Source: Atractiella rhizophila (Eukaryota). From it: a stretch of 44,987 nucleotides of DNA. Below are positions 1 to 11,800 of this stretch, in pieces. Every line of letters begins with the position of its first letter. Position 1 is the stretch's first letter. The stretch lies in assembly GCA_021432655.1 (NCBI GenBank), contig MU271555.1, positions 1-44,987 on the forward strand, written 5' to 3'. The notes under the pieces were generated by a model. It saw only the letters and a list, made by a program, of their open reading frames with translations. It had not been told where the DNA came from and did not search any database. Position numbers and translations under genes: made by a program.

Positions 1-118
1 CCTAACCCTAACCCTAACCCTAACCCTAACCCTAACCCTAACCCTAACCCTAACCCTAACCCTAACCCTAACCCTAACCCTAACCCTAACCCTAAGTAAC
101 CCTAAACCCTAACCCTAA
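1..118. repeat. Telomeric repeat array (CCCTAA)n / (TTAGGG)n with variant units at the inner edge
   Basis: Perfect CCCTAA repeats from 1 to about 95, then variant units (CCCTAAGTAA, CCCTAAA) to 118. The C-rich strand is at the 5' end, as expected for a left chromosome end. Confidence 0.98.
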
Positions 119-3050
119 GAATCCTCAGGCAACTAAAACCTTTGTTGTCACTACTTTTGACGCAAACGCTCGAGTTGCGAAGAAGCTCCAATCTTACAAC
201 ATATTGCTATCAAACACACCTATTGAACTAGCTGAGAAGTGTTCTGTCCTTCAAGCAGCTGAAGCCACATCAGCCTCCCAGGGAGTCTTCAGCCCTGTCT
301 CTCTTGACAACCAGAAATTCTTTGATGGTGGGTTTGGAACTAGTAATCCATCTGATCTTGCTCTGAAGGAAGTGAAGAAATTGTGGGGGAAGAACCTGAG
401 AATCGCTTGCTTCGTTTCAATCGGAACTGGAGAGCAGATGCCCGCCGATGCAGGCTCGCTGGAGGCTTTGAGAGAGATTGTCGAAGACTGCACCAAAGTT
501 CACCGTGAGGTTCAGTATGTCTTCGAATCGGACGGAACGGGCAATAGCTATTTTCGTTTCAGTGCTCCTTTGATGGCGATAGGGTCGCAGCAATGGAAGG
601 AAAAAGAGAAGGTTGTTGGCCTCGTCAAATCCTACGTACAAACCGATGGGATGAGCATGGCATACGCTGCCGGAAGCGTCTTGACAAAAGGTGCCTATTG
701 CTGTTTTTGCACAAGAAATGGCTCTGATATATACTAGAATCAACCAAAAGAGCTATACTTGCATTGCCATCGGTTCCTCTTCCACTCCGACCTCTCTGCT
801 ATGGTCGAGCAGCGGAGAAAGATGCGACTGTCGATCACGTCCTCGCTGGCCGGCATGTCGCGATTATATGTGGAGCCGGAGATGGCAAGTCTACAGTCGC
901 CAAAGCAATCCTTTACGACCCACGGGTTCAGGCGAAGTTTCGTGAGCATTTCTTCATTCGATGCGACAATTTCTACAACTTCAAAGACCTCGAATTTCAC
1001 CTCACTATCCACGTCTTCAAAGGTCAACAAGGCGACGAAGTTGGTCTCACAGATCACTTTGCCAACCGAAATTGCCTCCTTGTTCTTGACAATTTTGAAA
1101 CACCAGCTCACCGTGACGAACGCGGACGAAGAAACTTCTTCAAACTCTTGCTCTCCAAAAGGTCATTAACCCTGTCTGCTCTCGTTGTCGTCCACCACGG
1201 TCGTCACCCATATGTGATTCCTGTCGATGATCTTGCCTTCCAAACTATCTCGATTGGTCGGCTGGATGAACATGACGCCGTAAAGTTATTTCAGCATGAC
1301 TATGCCCGAATGAAAGACACAGAGGCACCGGTTGTGAAGGAGATTGTCAAGGAGCTCGACTATCATGCTCTGTCAACGAAACTCTTTGCCCTACGCGCTG
1401 AAAAAGACGACTATAAAAATCTTTCTCAATTGTTGGAGGAATGGAGACTCACCAAAACTCAACTGCTGCAAGATGCTGCTATCAACGATTCTGACAGCTT
1501 TACCTCTAACGAGAGAAATGGCTGTGACGATACAGACGAAAAACTCAAAGTCACGCCCAAGAGTTCCATCGTGCTGTCTCTCAGTTCACCCCTCATCTTC
1601 AACTGCGTCCATGCACTTTTGTTCCTGGTTTTCATTTCGCACTGCCCCGATGGACTTCGTTTTGATCATTTGAAAGACCTTCGTGTCAATAAACACGATC
1701 GCCAGGCTGCTCGCCTGCTTCAAGATGTTGGCCTCGTTGAAGACCCGTGTGAACTTCTCGTTGCGACCAAGCGACTTCGGATGCTTGCACCAATCCGAGA
1801 ATTCATCAATAGTTTCTTCAGCTCCCCGTCGTTTCCACTTGATCTCTTGTCTATACCTCGAACCTACTTCGATACGAGTGATTTTATCAACGAGAAGAAA
1901 GGCGAAAGCGGTCCAAAGAAGACACTATTTCACTTCATGTTGATTCCATACTGTTGTCCGCACGACTGGTCAGAAGAGCGTCCAGGCGAATGACGAGATA
2001 GACGGTCAAACTAACTATCGAGTCTGGTTTCTTGAACACTTGCTAAGATACGAGATTAAGTATGCCCAGGATATTGTCAGTGACGTGACATCACAAAAGC
2101 TTTCGAAGAAGGATGGCTGTCTTTTGTTGGCCGAAGAACTGCGAAATATTTCACATTTACTTCTTGGATTGTACAAGGTGATTCACCTGCAGTCGTATCC
2201 AAAGCTTAAACAAACTTGTCATCATTTCGTGAACGACTTGACCATTTTCAAGAAACAAGAATACCCAATGCCCGAAGAATTGCTAGTCGAGACCACCGAG
2301 ATTGCGAAGGAGGACGGCACGTACGAGGGACCGTTGGCCTTCTCGCTGGGGATGATCTTTGCAACCACAGGGAGACCACAACAAGCGGTCCGGTATTTGA
2401 CAGCTGCCAAAATTCTGCTATCAGACACGAACAATGTCGGATGTTCAGCGGCTTGTCAACTCAACCTTGGGATTCTCTTGAAAGACTCAGGACACAACGA
2501 TGACGCTCTACAAAATTTCAATGAAGCACGCGAAGCGTTCCAGAATATCAATGACCGTCGGAGTGTCGCTGCCTGTCTATTCAACATCGGGACGATCAAC
2601 CAAGAGAGTGGGCGTATTCCTGGGCCTTGAACAACTTTTTTGAAGCTGAGGATCTTTTCATTGAATTTGGGGACAACAAGAACGAGGCTGCTTGCATCTT
2701 GCAAGCTGCCATCATCAGTTTAACGACTGGGAACCTCAATCTCGCTCTCGAAAACTTTTGTGACGCCAAAGAAATTTTTTTTGAGCTTGGGGATCGCAGA
2801 AGCCTTGTGGCGTGCCTCAGTAACATTGGAATCATCTATGACAAAACCGGGCGGCGCGTTGAAGCGAAGTCCAATTTCTTAAGCGAGGCAGTCTGTTTGA
2901 TGAATCCCGGACTCATCTCGAAGGATCTCCAGAACTACGACGAGGCATTAGAAAGTCTGAATTCGGCAGTAGACATCCTTATGCAAGCCGGGGAGCAAAG
3001 AAATGCTGCTATTTGTGCGATGAACCTCGGCGTCGTTCACAAACTTCTCA
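119..3050 (+). pseudogene. 5'-truncated, frameshifted patatin-like phospholipase / STAND NTPase / TPR protein (fungal NLR-like)
   Basis: The frame is open from the telomere junction: TKTFVVT..LQSY..CSVLQAAEATSA..FFDGGFGTSNP..FVSIGTG..YFRF (C-terminal half of patatin). Intron 691-737 (GT..CTGAT..TAG) joins it in frame to the NTPase: CYGR, P-loop CGAGDGKST, Walker B LLVLDNFETP, SIVLSLSSP, LRMLAPIREF. Then 40-aa TPR units (A.C..N.G......G....A...F..A...F). Frame changes at about 1945-2022 (possibly an intron) and about 2622 (1-nt deletion). Confidence 0.88.
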
Positions 3051-3326
3051 AGAGCTTGATGTCCAGATTGCTTTCTACTCTTTCCACAGGGCTTCGTTCG
3101 CAAATGGGTTGTTGTTTGCAATTTGACCTGCGTCTGACAAGAGCAAGGAAGATGGATTTTTCTTTAATTCTGACGCTATCACAACATGGTGAGTTTAGAC
3201 TTGTGCTGAAGAGGGGAGTCCAAATAGCTCACGATTGTCCTTACGCATACAGGAAAAATGTTCCCGCTTGCCTCGAGTCTCAACTTGTGAGAGAGCCGAA
3301 TAGACCTCTACAGGTCCATGGTTCGT

Positions 3327-3960
3327 TTAACACAATCGTGATTGGTCCCGGCAACTCGTGGTTCTTTTTCCTGAAAAGGCATGGATAATCAAATTTGGGT
3401 CGTGAGTAGTTGTCTCATCTTGGTTATTCTCTTTGCGGTCGAACGTTTTAAGGTATGAACGTCGCTCTTGTCCAGTCAGTTGAACTGGCAACAACTCACC
3501 GTTAACCAAAGGAGAACGTAAGCGAAAGATTCAATATCGTCGGCGGCACAATGTTTCACCCGAGTTGGATGAGTCGAAGGGACAATAATTGATAAGTGCC
3601 CTAACTTTCCGCTTAAATGACATTGTAGCGGATACGTGCTCAGGCCCACACTTACAGTTTGTTCAGGCAACCGCGCCGAGGCATGGTTGATGAATTCCGA
3701 GTCTATAAGCCTTCCTCGCGCTTCACCGTCTTTGGTTCGCAACAACAGTATGTTCCCAACAGAGACATCTCGATGGAGCAGGTTAGCGAGCTGGATGGCC
3801 TGCTGGTATGCTGATATCAAATTCACTCACTGTGAAGAGAAGAAAGGGAAAGAAACCTGTGAAAGCATCCAACAGAATCTTCACCAGCTCCCATTTGGGG
3901 TTGGGTTGAACAGCGGTTCTCCCACCTCGTTCAGGGCAATCCTTTTAGAGTCCAGTTCGA
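3327..3960 (-). pseudogene. Fragment of a fungal-specific FunK1 (Pkinase_fungal) protein kinase
   Basis: Motifs RIALNEVGEPL..WELVKILLDAF, LLHRDVSVGNILL, GRLIDSEF and HCAADDIESFAYVLLW are collinear with the intact kinase at 39720-41892. No recognisable N-terminal half, and the frames are broken. Ends are approximate. Confidence 0.8.
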
Positions 3961-4635
3961 AAGGGGAGCGTTTGGAGTCGAAGGGATCTGTTACTTTCTC
4001 TGTCTTGAGCTCTGCAAACATGTCGACATTTCGCATTTTGTTTCCTTCCACCACTACCGCTTCCGCCTTCCGCCGAATACAACACCAGCTCAGGTTTTAA
4101 TGCAGTATAGTTGTAAACAGGATGTATTGTTTTGTCAGGCAACTTAGATGAGTTGGCCCAGTGCCAATCACAAGCGAGATAGCTCATATCACTCTAAAAT
4201 CGAACTAGGACATTGAAACGGATAATCAGGGACAGGGTAGGAATCGATAGCGGAGTCAGGAAGTGGGTGTTCACCCAACACGCTATCGTTGTGACGATGC
4301 CAGCCAGCCATCTATCTCTGCTTGTTCAACGTATCACACCGCACAAGCTCACCTTCCTCGCCTCGTCTGTGCGCACCTAGCCTTCCTACACGTCCTACAC
4401 GTACTATTAGGACACAATGCGGTTAGACACATAACTATTCGGTTTTTGTATTGTCGCCTCGTCGTTGTTCGGGGTATGCAAAATAGAGTTCCTGCCGCCA
4501 TCAGGTTACTAGCAGAAAGAGCCCACGGTGTGTTATTAAGCCACTTCTTTCTCCCTTACGCACACCCAGCTTAACGCTCTCGCCATCAGCCAAGGAGCCT
4601 GAGCACGGTCGTCCTGGCTTTACGACAGCAACGAA

Positions 4636-6563
4636 ATGGCTACCGAGCGTACTCCCCTCCTCTCAGGCTCCAGCGCGCCCTCATCCACAGTAGTCGATGC
4701 CCAAGATCCTATAGTGACTGACGCCTCTGCCTTCGCCGCAGAAAGCGTGGGCCTCGATGGAATAGGTCCCTCTTCCCCCGTTTCTGAAGAGGAAGAGGAC
4801 AAATCCCTGCCCAAGGTTCAGATCGGTCTGCTCGCCGCCTGCAGGTTTATCGAGAGCGTCACGTTCTTCATCATCTTTCCCTTCATCAGCGAGATGATTG
4901 TTAAGGTGGGAGGGATTGAGGAGGCCAAGGTTGGATTCTGGGCTGGGTTGATTGTACGTTCCTCCTTTGCCCTTTGCGAATAACCCTCTTCTCATGTGTC
5001 ATTGTTATTTGACATTTCGAGGAATCACTCTTCTCTCTCACACAAGTGTTCGTCATGATACCATGGGGTCTCCTCTCCGATCGCATAGGACGCAAACCCG
5101 TGCTCGTAATCTCCATGCTCGGACTGTCAACCGCTCAGCTCTTCTTTGGACTGGCAAATGATATCAAGAGCATGATCATATTCCGTTGCCTCGCCGGAAT
5201 CTTCGCAGGTACCGCTGTGTACTTTCTTCCTCCTCTTACAGTGTACTGAGTTGATGATAACGCCGGCTGTGCAGCACCGTAAGGACAATGGTGAGCGAAA
5301 ACAGCACGAAGAAAACTCAAGCCCGCGCTTTCTCCCTATGGGCGTTTGCGGGTGCGTTGTCTCTTCTTGATCCAGATCTCTCCGTCCATACATCGCACTC
5401 TATACTGATGCAGTGATCACGCAGGCAACATCGGCATCACTCTCGGGCCTCTCATTGGAGGTTCCCTGGCGGACGCTGCCACCAACTTTGGAGGCATCTT
5501 CCAGCGCATCTCCATCATCAGTGAGTATCCGTATGCTCTGCCCTGCTTCCTCGCTGGCGGCATGGGCTACGTGGCAACTATGGCAAGTCTTTTCTTCCTA
5601 AAAGAAGTCCGTCCTTCCCTTCCTCAAACGCCCCGTCGTGCCTGCTGAACGATGACATGCCAGACGCTGCCTCCCAATAGAGGAGAGATGAAGGAGAAGG
5701 ATCCAAGTGTCCTTTCTCTCCTCAAGGCTCCAGGTGTCGCGCATGTCGTCGGATTACAGTTCAACATCCTCATCGTGGCATTCGGTTTCACTGCCATCAT
5801 CTCCGTCTTCTGGTTCACTTCAGTGCCTGTTCGTTACCCCTTTTACTCCCAGCCCGGTTCAAAGCGGCTCACGATCTGGATGAGACTAGCTAGGAGGCTT
5901 CGGATTCTCTCCGGCTCAGATCTCGCTCTTGTTATCGCTGACAGGAATCTGTCAGGGTCTCTGGCAACTCCTTTTCTTCCCCCGGTTCCAAACACGCAGG
6001 GGAACCAAATTTGTCCTCATAATTTCCTCCTGGATTTACGCCCTCTCCATGATCTTCCCCCCGTTCATGAACACCTTGCTCCGGAACGGACTCGACGACA
6101 TCTTCTGGGCCCTACTCATCCCTAGCACCGTCATAGGTACATCCGCTAGCATGGCTTATCTAGCCTTACAGCTCGCTATCAACGACGTTTGCCCAGATCC
6201 TAGGCTCATGGGCACGCTCAACGGCCTCATGCTCAGTTTGACGAGCGCTACCAGGGCTATGTGCCCGGCTTCGTTCGCCAGCTTGTATGCCAAAGGAGTG
6301 GAGGATCAGATATTTGGAGGGTACCTTGTACGTCTTTCCTTGAGCATCCTTTTTCGTCGTCCCTATTCGTTCTCTTATACATATCATTGATGTGGCTGCC
6401 AATGACAAAGGCATGGGTCGTCCTTTTCGTCCTCTGTGTCTTCATGGCCATCAACTCTGGGTTTTTGCATCCGAAAGCGGATGGAAAGAAAGAAGTGGTG
6501 GAACACCCGAAGACATGCATAGACTCAAGTGTGCCGAAGGGGCAAACTACATTGTCAATATAA
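4636..6563 (+). CDS. Major facilitator superfamily transporter, multi-exon
   Basis: MATERTPLL start, IFPFISEM..VGFWAGLI, MFS motif A WGLLSDRIGRKPVL, IFRCLAGIFAG, GITLGPLIGGSLA, MGTLNGL..RAMCPA. About 7 GT-AG introns. Confidence 0.92.
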
Positions 6564-6881
6564 GTTAGATCAAGATCTCAGGTTTGCGAACTCGCAATAA
6601 CGATTGAATGCTTTTCAAGTCGCTAGGACAGAGGAATAGTTAGGCAATGGGAGACAATGTTTGGGGAAGGCATCACTTCCTCAGCATCAATGAGACCTTG
6701 CTCGTTCAAGCTGGGTAATGATTATGGAGCAATCGACAATTTCATTCAGTTACGATGTTTATTATTTAGAACAATGACCCTGACGCCAAAAGGCTTGAGA
6801 GGGTATTGACATCTGACGAACGAGCCAGTGGTTCTCCCGTAGACAAACATGTCCCACCGTTACATCGACCTCTCCTTACAA

Positions 6882-8005
6882 TCAACACCAATGCTCTCCA
6901 CCTTTCACGTCGAGGGGAATGACGAATTTTCTTCTGCCTTGCCCGTCCTTCTCTGGCAATCTACCGCCTCGGATATTCACCTGCATACTCGCATGTAACA
7001 ACCTAGGCACCGCGAGCTGAGCATCTCTTTCTTCCCTAAACTTGACAAACTGCTCTTCGGTCGTTCCATCCTTCACATGCTTGTTCTCCTTCTTCTGCTC
7101 CTCAACAGTGGAAGAGGCTGTTGGACCACGAGTGCCAGCAGGAGGATAATCGTGGCCGACGAAGAGGGAGGTGTTGGGATCCAGGGAGAGGAGGGTGAAC
7201 ATGCTTTTGTACAAGGCGTGAGCGGATCCGTTGGGGAAGTCGGCGCGCGCGGATCCTACATCGGGCTACGACGCGACAGACAGTTAAAGCATGACTGAAG
7301 GAGCGCGACTATACAAACAAGGAAGATGCTGTCGCCAGTGAAGACCTTGCTACCGATAACGTAACTATGTGCGTACCAATGCCATCAGCATCGTTTTTAT
7401 AATGAGATGACAAGGGAGAGAAGAAATATGTACCCCATCGAGTCTGGCGTATGGCCAGGTAAATGCACAGCTTTCACCTCCAATTCTCCCAACTTGAAGA
7501 CCTCATCATCCTTCCATAGGCAGTCGAACATCTTCTCCCACTCTTCCTCTCTCACAGCCTCCAATCCGTACTTTCCCGCAAAGGTTTTCTGCACCTCTGT
7601 GATTCGAGAGCCTATCCCGATCTTTGGTCGCACGCCGTTATTGGAGAGTGAGTGTGCAGCGTATTGAGAGGCAGTAAGATGATCAGCATGCGCATGCGTC
7701 TCCCTACACCCAACAAGCAACAATATAACTCTCTGTTCTATTTCGCTTTTCGCTTAGAGGACGCACAAGATGTAAACCACCTTCAGTTGTTCTTGCTTCA
7801 CGAACTCGAGCACGATGTCCGCGCTAGCAGTGCTTATCATCCCGCTCGCTGGGTCGAAATCCAACACGGTATCAATGATCATAGTTTCCTTCGACGCGGA
7901 TGGGGACGAGACGACATATGTCCAAGTGCCTGTCACCTTTTCAAAGAACGAATGGACAGAAGGCTCCTTAGAAGATGTTGAGGGGAGTGAGTGCGTTGGC
8001 GCCAT
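6882..8005 (-). CDS. Metallo-beta-lactamase-fold persulfide dioxygenase-like protein (ETHE1/Blh-type), multi-exon
   Basis: ATG at 8005. IIDTVLDFD, ETHAHADHLTA (HxHxDH), HLPGHTPD, VFTGDSIFLPDVGSARADFPNG, VGHDYPP, ENKHV, PRLLHASMQVNIRGGRLP. Confidence 0.9.
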
Positions 8006-8072
8006 TTCGATCAAAACAAAGAAGGATCTTCCCAGCAAATCTCAAGAGGAAGGAGAGTCTGAAAAGAAGGCC

Positions 8073-8078
8073 TTTATA
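8073..8078 (-). promoter_or_regulatory. Putative TATA box of the metallo-beta-lactamase gene
   Basis: TATAAA on the minus strand about 70 nt upstream of the ATG, followed by a CT-rich leader. Confidence 0.5.
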
Positions 8079-8999
8079 GACCGCGGTTCTCTAGTTACGG
8101 CACCCCGTTCCCTTTTGCTTGAAACCCTTCAACGGGGCGGAAGATGCGGGGCTTCTCATAGCCCAGAGTCACACTGCAAGTGAATGCCCGCTTGCCAAAA
8201 CACTCCAATCAGCACCATCGTCAATCAATCGAGCTCATGCCACAATGCTTCATTATCGGGGCAACGCTGCAAGATAGACTGCCAATTGTGCCAGGGACAT
8301 CCGGTCGAAACTCCTGTGCTATGACATATCCAAGCGCTGGAATACCACACAAAGGTGCATTGTTTTATGACCGTGTTACATGATCGTCGAGGAGAAGGCT
8401 GGAATGGGTGAACGCTTTAGAGCCTGGGGGTTTTTCCATGACCAGCTTGAGGGGGTATCAGTTTCACTTGATGGAACCATGATCCAAATCCAATGGAAGC
8501 GATGATTGGCTAGGCTGACATGTGAACCTGTGGAGCCCAAACCGAAGTGAAGAGTACGGAAGTTGGTGCGTTTGCTTTGCTCTTGCATCGCTTGGTAGAA
8601 ACAGGGTTATTGTCAACAAGCTCGCCATTCTTTTACTTTATCTGAGCAGCATCTGGACTCTTCCGAACGGTGGCGGGACACATGCATGACCCTTAGGGTT
8701 TGTCCTTTTCCGATTCGCTGTCTCGCAGCGCAGCGATGTATCAGGTGTTCTATTGTTTCCATACCTCTTCCTGTCTACGGGACCCTGTGCCTTCTGTCAG
8801 GTGCTCCACAAGTGGCCAGCTCCTCAGCCTCTCGTCTTCATTTGAGGTTCATCTGTCTTCTGTTCGTCACATGATTCAGCATCTAACAACTGTGTTCCCG
8901 TTGATGCTATGTTGCTGAGAATGAATAAGACGCAGAGACCGAAAAGCTTACTAGTATCCTTTCATAGGAATCAATTATTGAACAAAATTAATAACATCG

Positions 9000-9782
9000 A
9001 TGGCCCCTGAGAAACAGACAAAGATCCTGCAAGAGACGCAGCGCGATCCAAAGCTGGACGCGGTATTGGAGAACTGGACAAAGTGCGTAATCCTACGCCT
9101 CTATTAAGAGTGAAGAGTGAAGAACTCATGATCCCAGGGAGCAGCTCCGCCTCTCAGCGAAAGCCATTTGGGAGGACGATCTCTCTTTCAATGTTCCACT
9201 CTGGTCACAGAACAGTACTTGTCCGAAGCCGGATGCTACCGATTTTGTGACACCTGTCGTTGGGAGACTCGAACAAGAAATATCAACCAGCTGGACGGGT
9301 CTTCGATATGTTGGAGGCGCCGATATATCCTTTAGGAACGACAACAGGGGTGAAGATGCTGTTGCTACTCTAGTAGTTCTCGAATACCCCTCTCTAAAGG
9401 TGCGTATATTCACTGCCTCACCACTCACCACCCTCACAATTCTGTGCCAGTTATTGTATGAGTCATCGCGAGCCATCAAGCTCACTGTCCCTTACGTCCC
9501 CTCTTTCCTCTCGCTCCGGGAATCGGCGCCGCTCCTGTCTCTCATCGACGACCTACGTTCCCACCCACAATATCCTTTCCCTGAACTTCTCATGGTCGAC
9601 GGCAATGGACGCATGCATCCGCGTGCCGCTGGCCTCGCAGTCGTTGTCGGTGTGGAGAGTGGAATTCCAACGCTTGGTGTGGGAAAGGATTACTACGCTC
9701 TTCCATCACCAGTGGTAGTGGCAGGTGGGGAGTGGAGGGATTCTCAGAAAACTTTCAAAGGTTTAGCAAAACGGGTTCTGCA
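9000..9782 (+). CDS. ENDOV: Endonuclease V (inosine-specific), 3' end lost in the assembly gap
   Basis: YVGGADISF, AVATLVVLEYPSL, VPYVPSFLSLRE, PELLMVDGNGRMHPRAAGLA, GIPTLGVGK are the EndoV catalytic motifs. ATG at 9000; introns begin near 9083 and 9400. Confidence 0.92.
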
Positions 9783-10045
9783 NNNNNNNNNNNNNNNNNN
9801 NNNNNNNNNNNNNNNNNNNNNNNNNNNNNNNNNNNNNNNNNNNNNNNNNNNNNNNNNNNNNNNNNNNNNNNNNNNNNNNNNNNNNNNNNNNNNNNNNNNN
9901 NNNNNNNNNNNNNNNNNNNNNNNNNNNNNNNNNNNNNNNNNNNNNNNNNNNNNNNNNNNNNNNNNNNNNNNNNNNNNNNNNNNNNNNNNNNNNNNNNNNN
10001 NNNNNNNNNNNNNNNNNNNNNNNNNNNNNNNNNNNNNNNNNNNNN
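9783..10045. other. Assembly gap (263 N)
   Basis: Run of N. Confidence 1.
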
Positions 10046-10569
10046 GGAATAGTCGATGAGCCTACCCAAAGTCCCTGGAAACGAAGGAACCTCGGGAAGA
10101 GCCGAAGTTGAGAGGATTTGGGGAGGTGCAGATGCTTCGACGTAATTACAAAGTGACTCCTCAATCTTGCAGGAAACTAAATTCATGAAATGATAGGCTG
10201 CTTTTCTTATCTCATCATACTTAAAGCATACAGTCGATTTCTGCCCGTTCTCCAGATCCAGAATTGCAACTGCAGCATAATGAGGAAGGAGACCTGTGTA
10301 CCCAGACCAGCAAACTTGTTGAATTGGGCCGGGATGTTTCCGTATCGGAGTCAACATGCACGCACAACTCTCCATGCGGTCCTTCGATTACAAGAAGATA
10401 AGAAAGCCAATGAGAGCCATGGGAAAGCACAAGCTCGTCCACTCGACACTGGAACCTGAGAAGGGCCTCCCATCGACGAATTAACTGGTACCTGCTTTGT
10501 CAAGCGTTGCAAAGGTTGGGTCTAATCGGTTATAGTTAGCACTATCGTCAGCGCTTCACATGCAAAAAC

Positions 10570-11800
10570 ATGAGGCGATTGTTTTCGAAGTTGAAGAAGT
10601 CAAAAGTGAAGAAAGGCGAAGGTATATTGCCCTACGATATTCTAGACCACATCTTCCAACATTTATCGGACGACACACGCTCAATGTTGACCTGTGCCCT
10701 GGTCTCCAAGATGTTTCTGAGTCTTAGCCGTGAACATCTCCATGCCATTGTTCAAGTTGCGAACGCAGCTCAAGGATGTGAGCTCCTGACAGAAGGGAGC
10801 AACACCTTTTCTAAGTGGGTGCGAACCGTCCAAATCCGCGGTAGGAAATTCGAGGAACTGGGTCTTGGCGGAATGCCCCTCGCCGACGAGTGCTCCCCGA
10901 TTGAGAGAGACAAGAGAGAATCACAGTGGTTGTCAAAGATCCTTCCCATTCTTGCGCATCTTCCGGACCTTTCGCAGTGGGAATACTTCGGTGTCCAAGG
11001 TCTGTCGCAAGCGCCGGTCGACGTAGTTTCATCGTTCCTCCAGGCCGCCACTAGAATGACATCCTTTCATTGTTGCTACACCGCTTTGGCATCGTGATCT
11101 TCTAGACATTCTACGGGCCGCGACGCAGCTCAGGCTTTTGCTCCTCGTCGACTGCACATTCCTGGACATTCTCGAATTTGATCAGCAGCGTATCGTCGCG
11201 TTTGAAGGACACATGCTGACATTGAACGGTGAAGGCTTCTCCTGCCTATTGCCGTATCTTCTCCCTCCTGTTCGAACGAGCCACATCTCTGTCAGGTTTC
11301 GGATTCGGCGAGAGCTGGAGACCGTCGCGAATTTCTGGACAAAGTGGAAAGAAAAAATATCAGATCTGTCCATCATGATGGATCATATGCCTGGACCTGC
11401 TTTCCGGAATACATTCGAATTTTATCTCGACTTGGTTCCCTTGAAGCGCCTTGACAGCTTGTGTTTGGACTCGGTAGATATAGCTGAAGAGGGTTTCCAC
11501 TGGCTGATAAAGGTCCTCAACACCGTCACATCTCAACTGAAAGAACTAACGATATCGGTCGCTTTTGTGGACCCCAATGCTTTGGAGCTCTGGCAGAAAA
11601 ATTGGTCTTTCCCACACCTCACCGAAGTTATCGACGAGCGATTTAAGGATATTAGAATTGTGCGAATACTCAGTCAAGAGAGTTTTCTCCGTAGTTGGAG
11701 CTTTCGCCAGCTCCTGTACAAATCATTTCTATACTGGCATGAGCAGGGAATTTTGAGAGTTGGTGAAATTCCTGTTTCTGTTGCAACTAAACACTTGTAA
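10570..11800 (+). pseudogene. F-box-like protein with leucine-rich C-terminus, interrupted by a +1 frame change near 11085
   Basis: LPYDILDHIFQHL..MLTCALVSKMF is an F-box-like motif. Frame 1 stops at 11097, while frame 2 continues LWHRDLLDILRAATQLRLLLLVDC to 11800. Only a weak 34-nt intron (11072-11105) could repair it. Confidence 0.65.

Noticed and set aside
9732..10375. Long ORFs spanning the N run
   Set aside because: Their length is an artefact of X codons. The piece at 10046-10375 has no motif I recognise.
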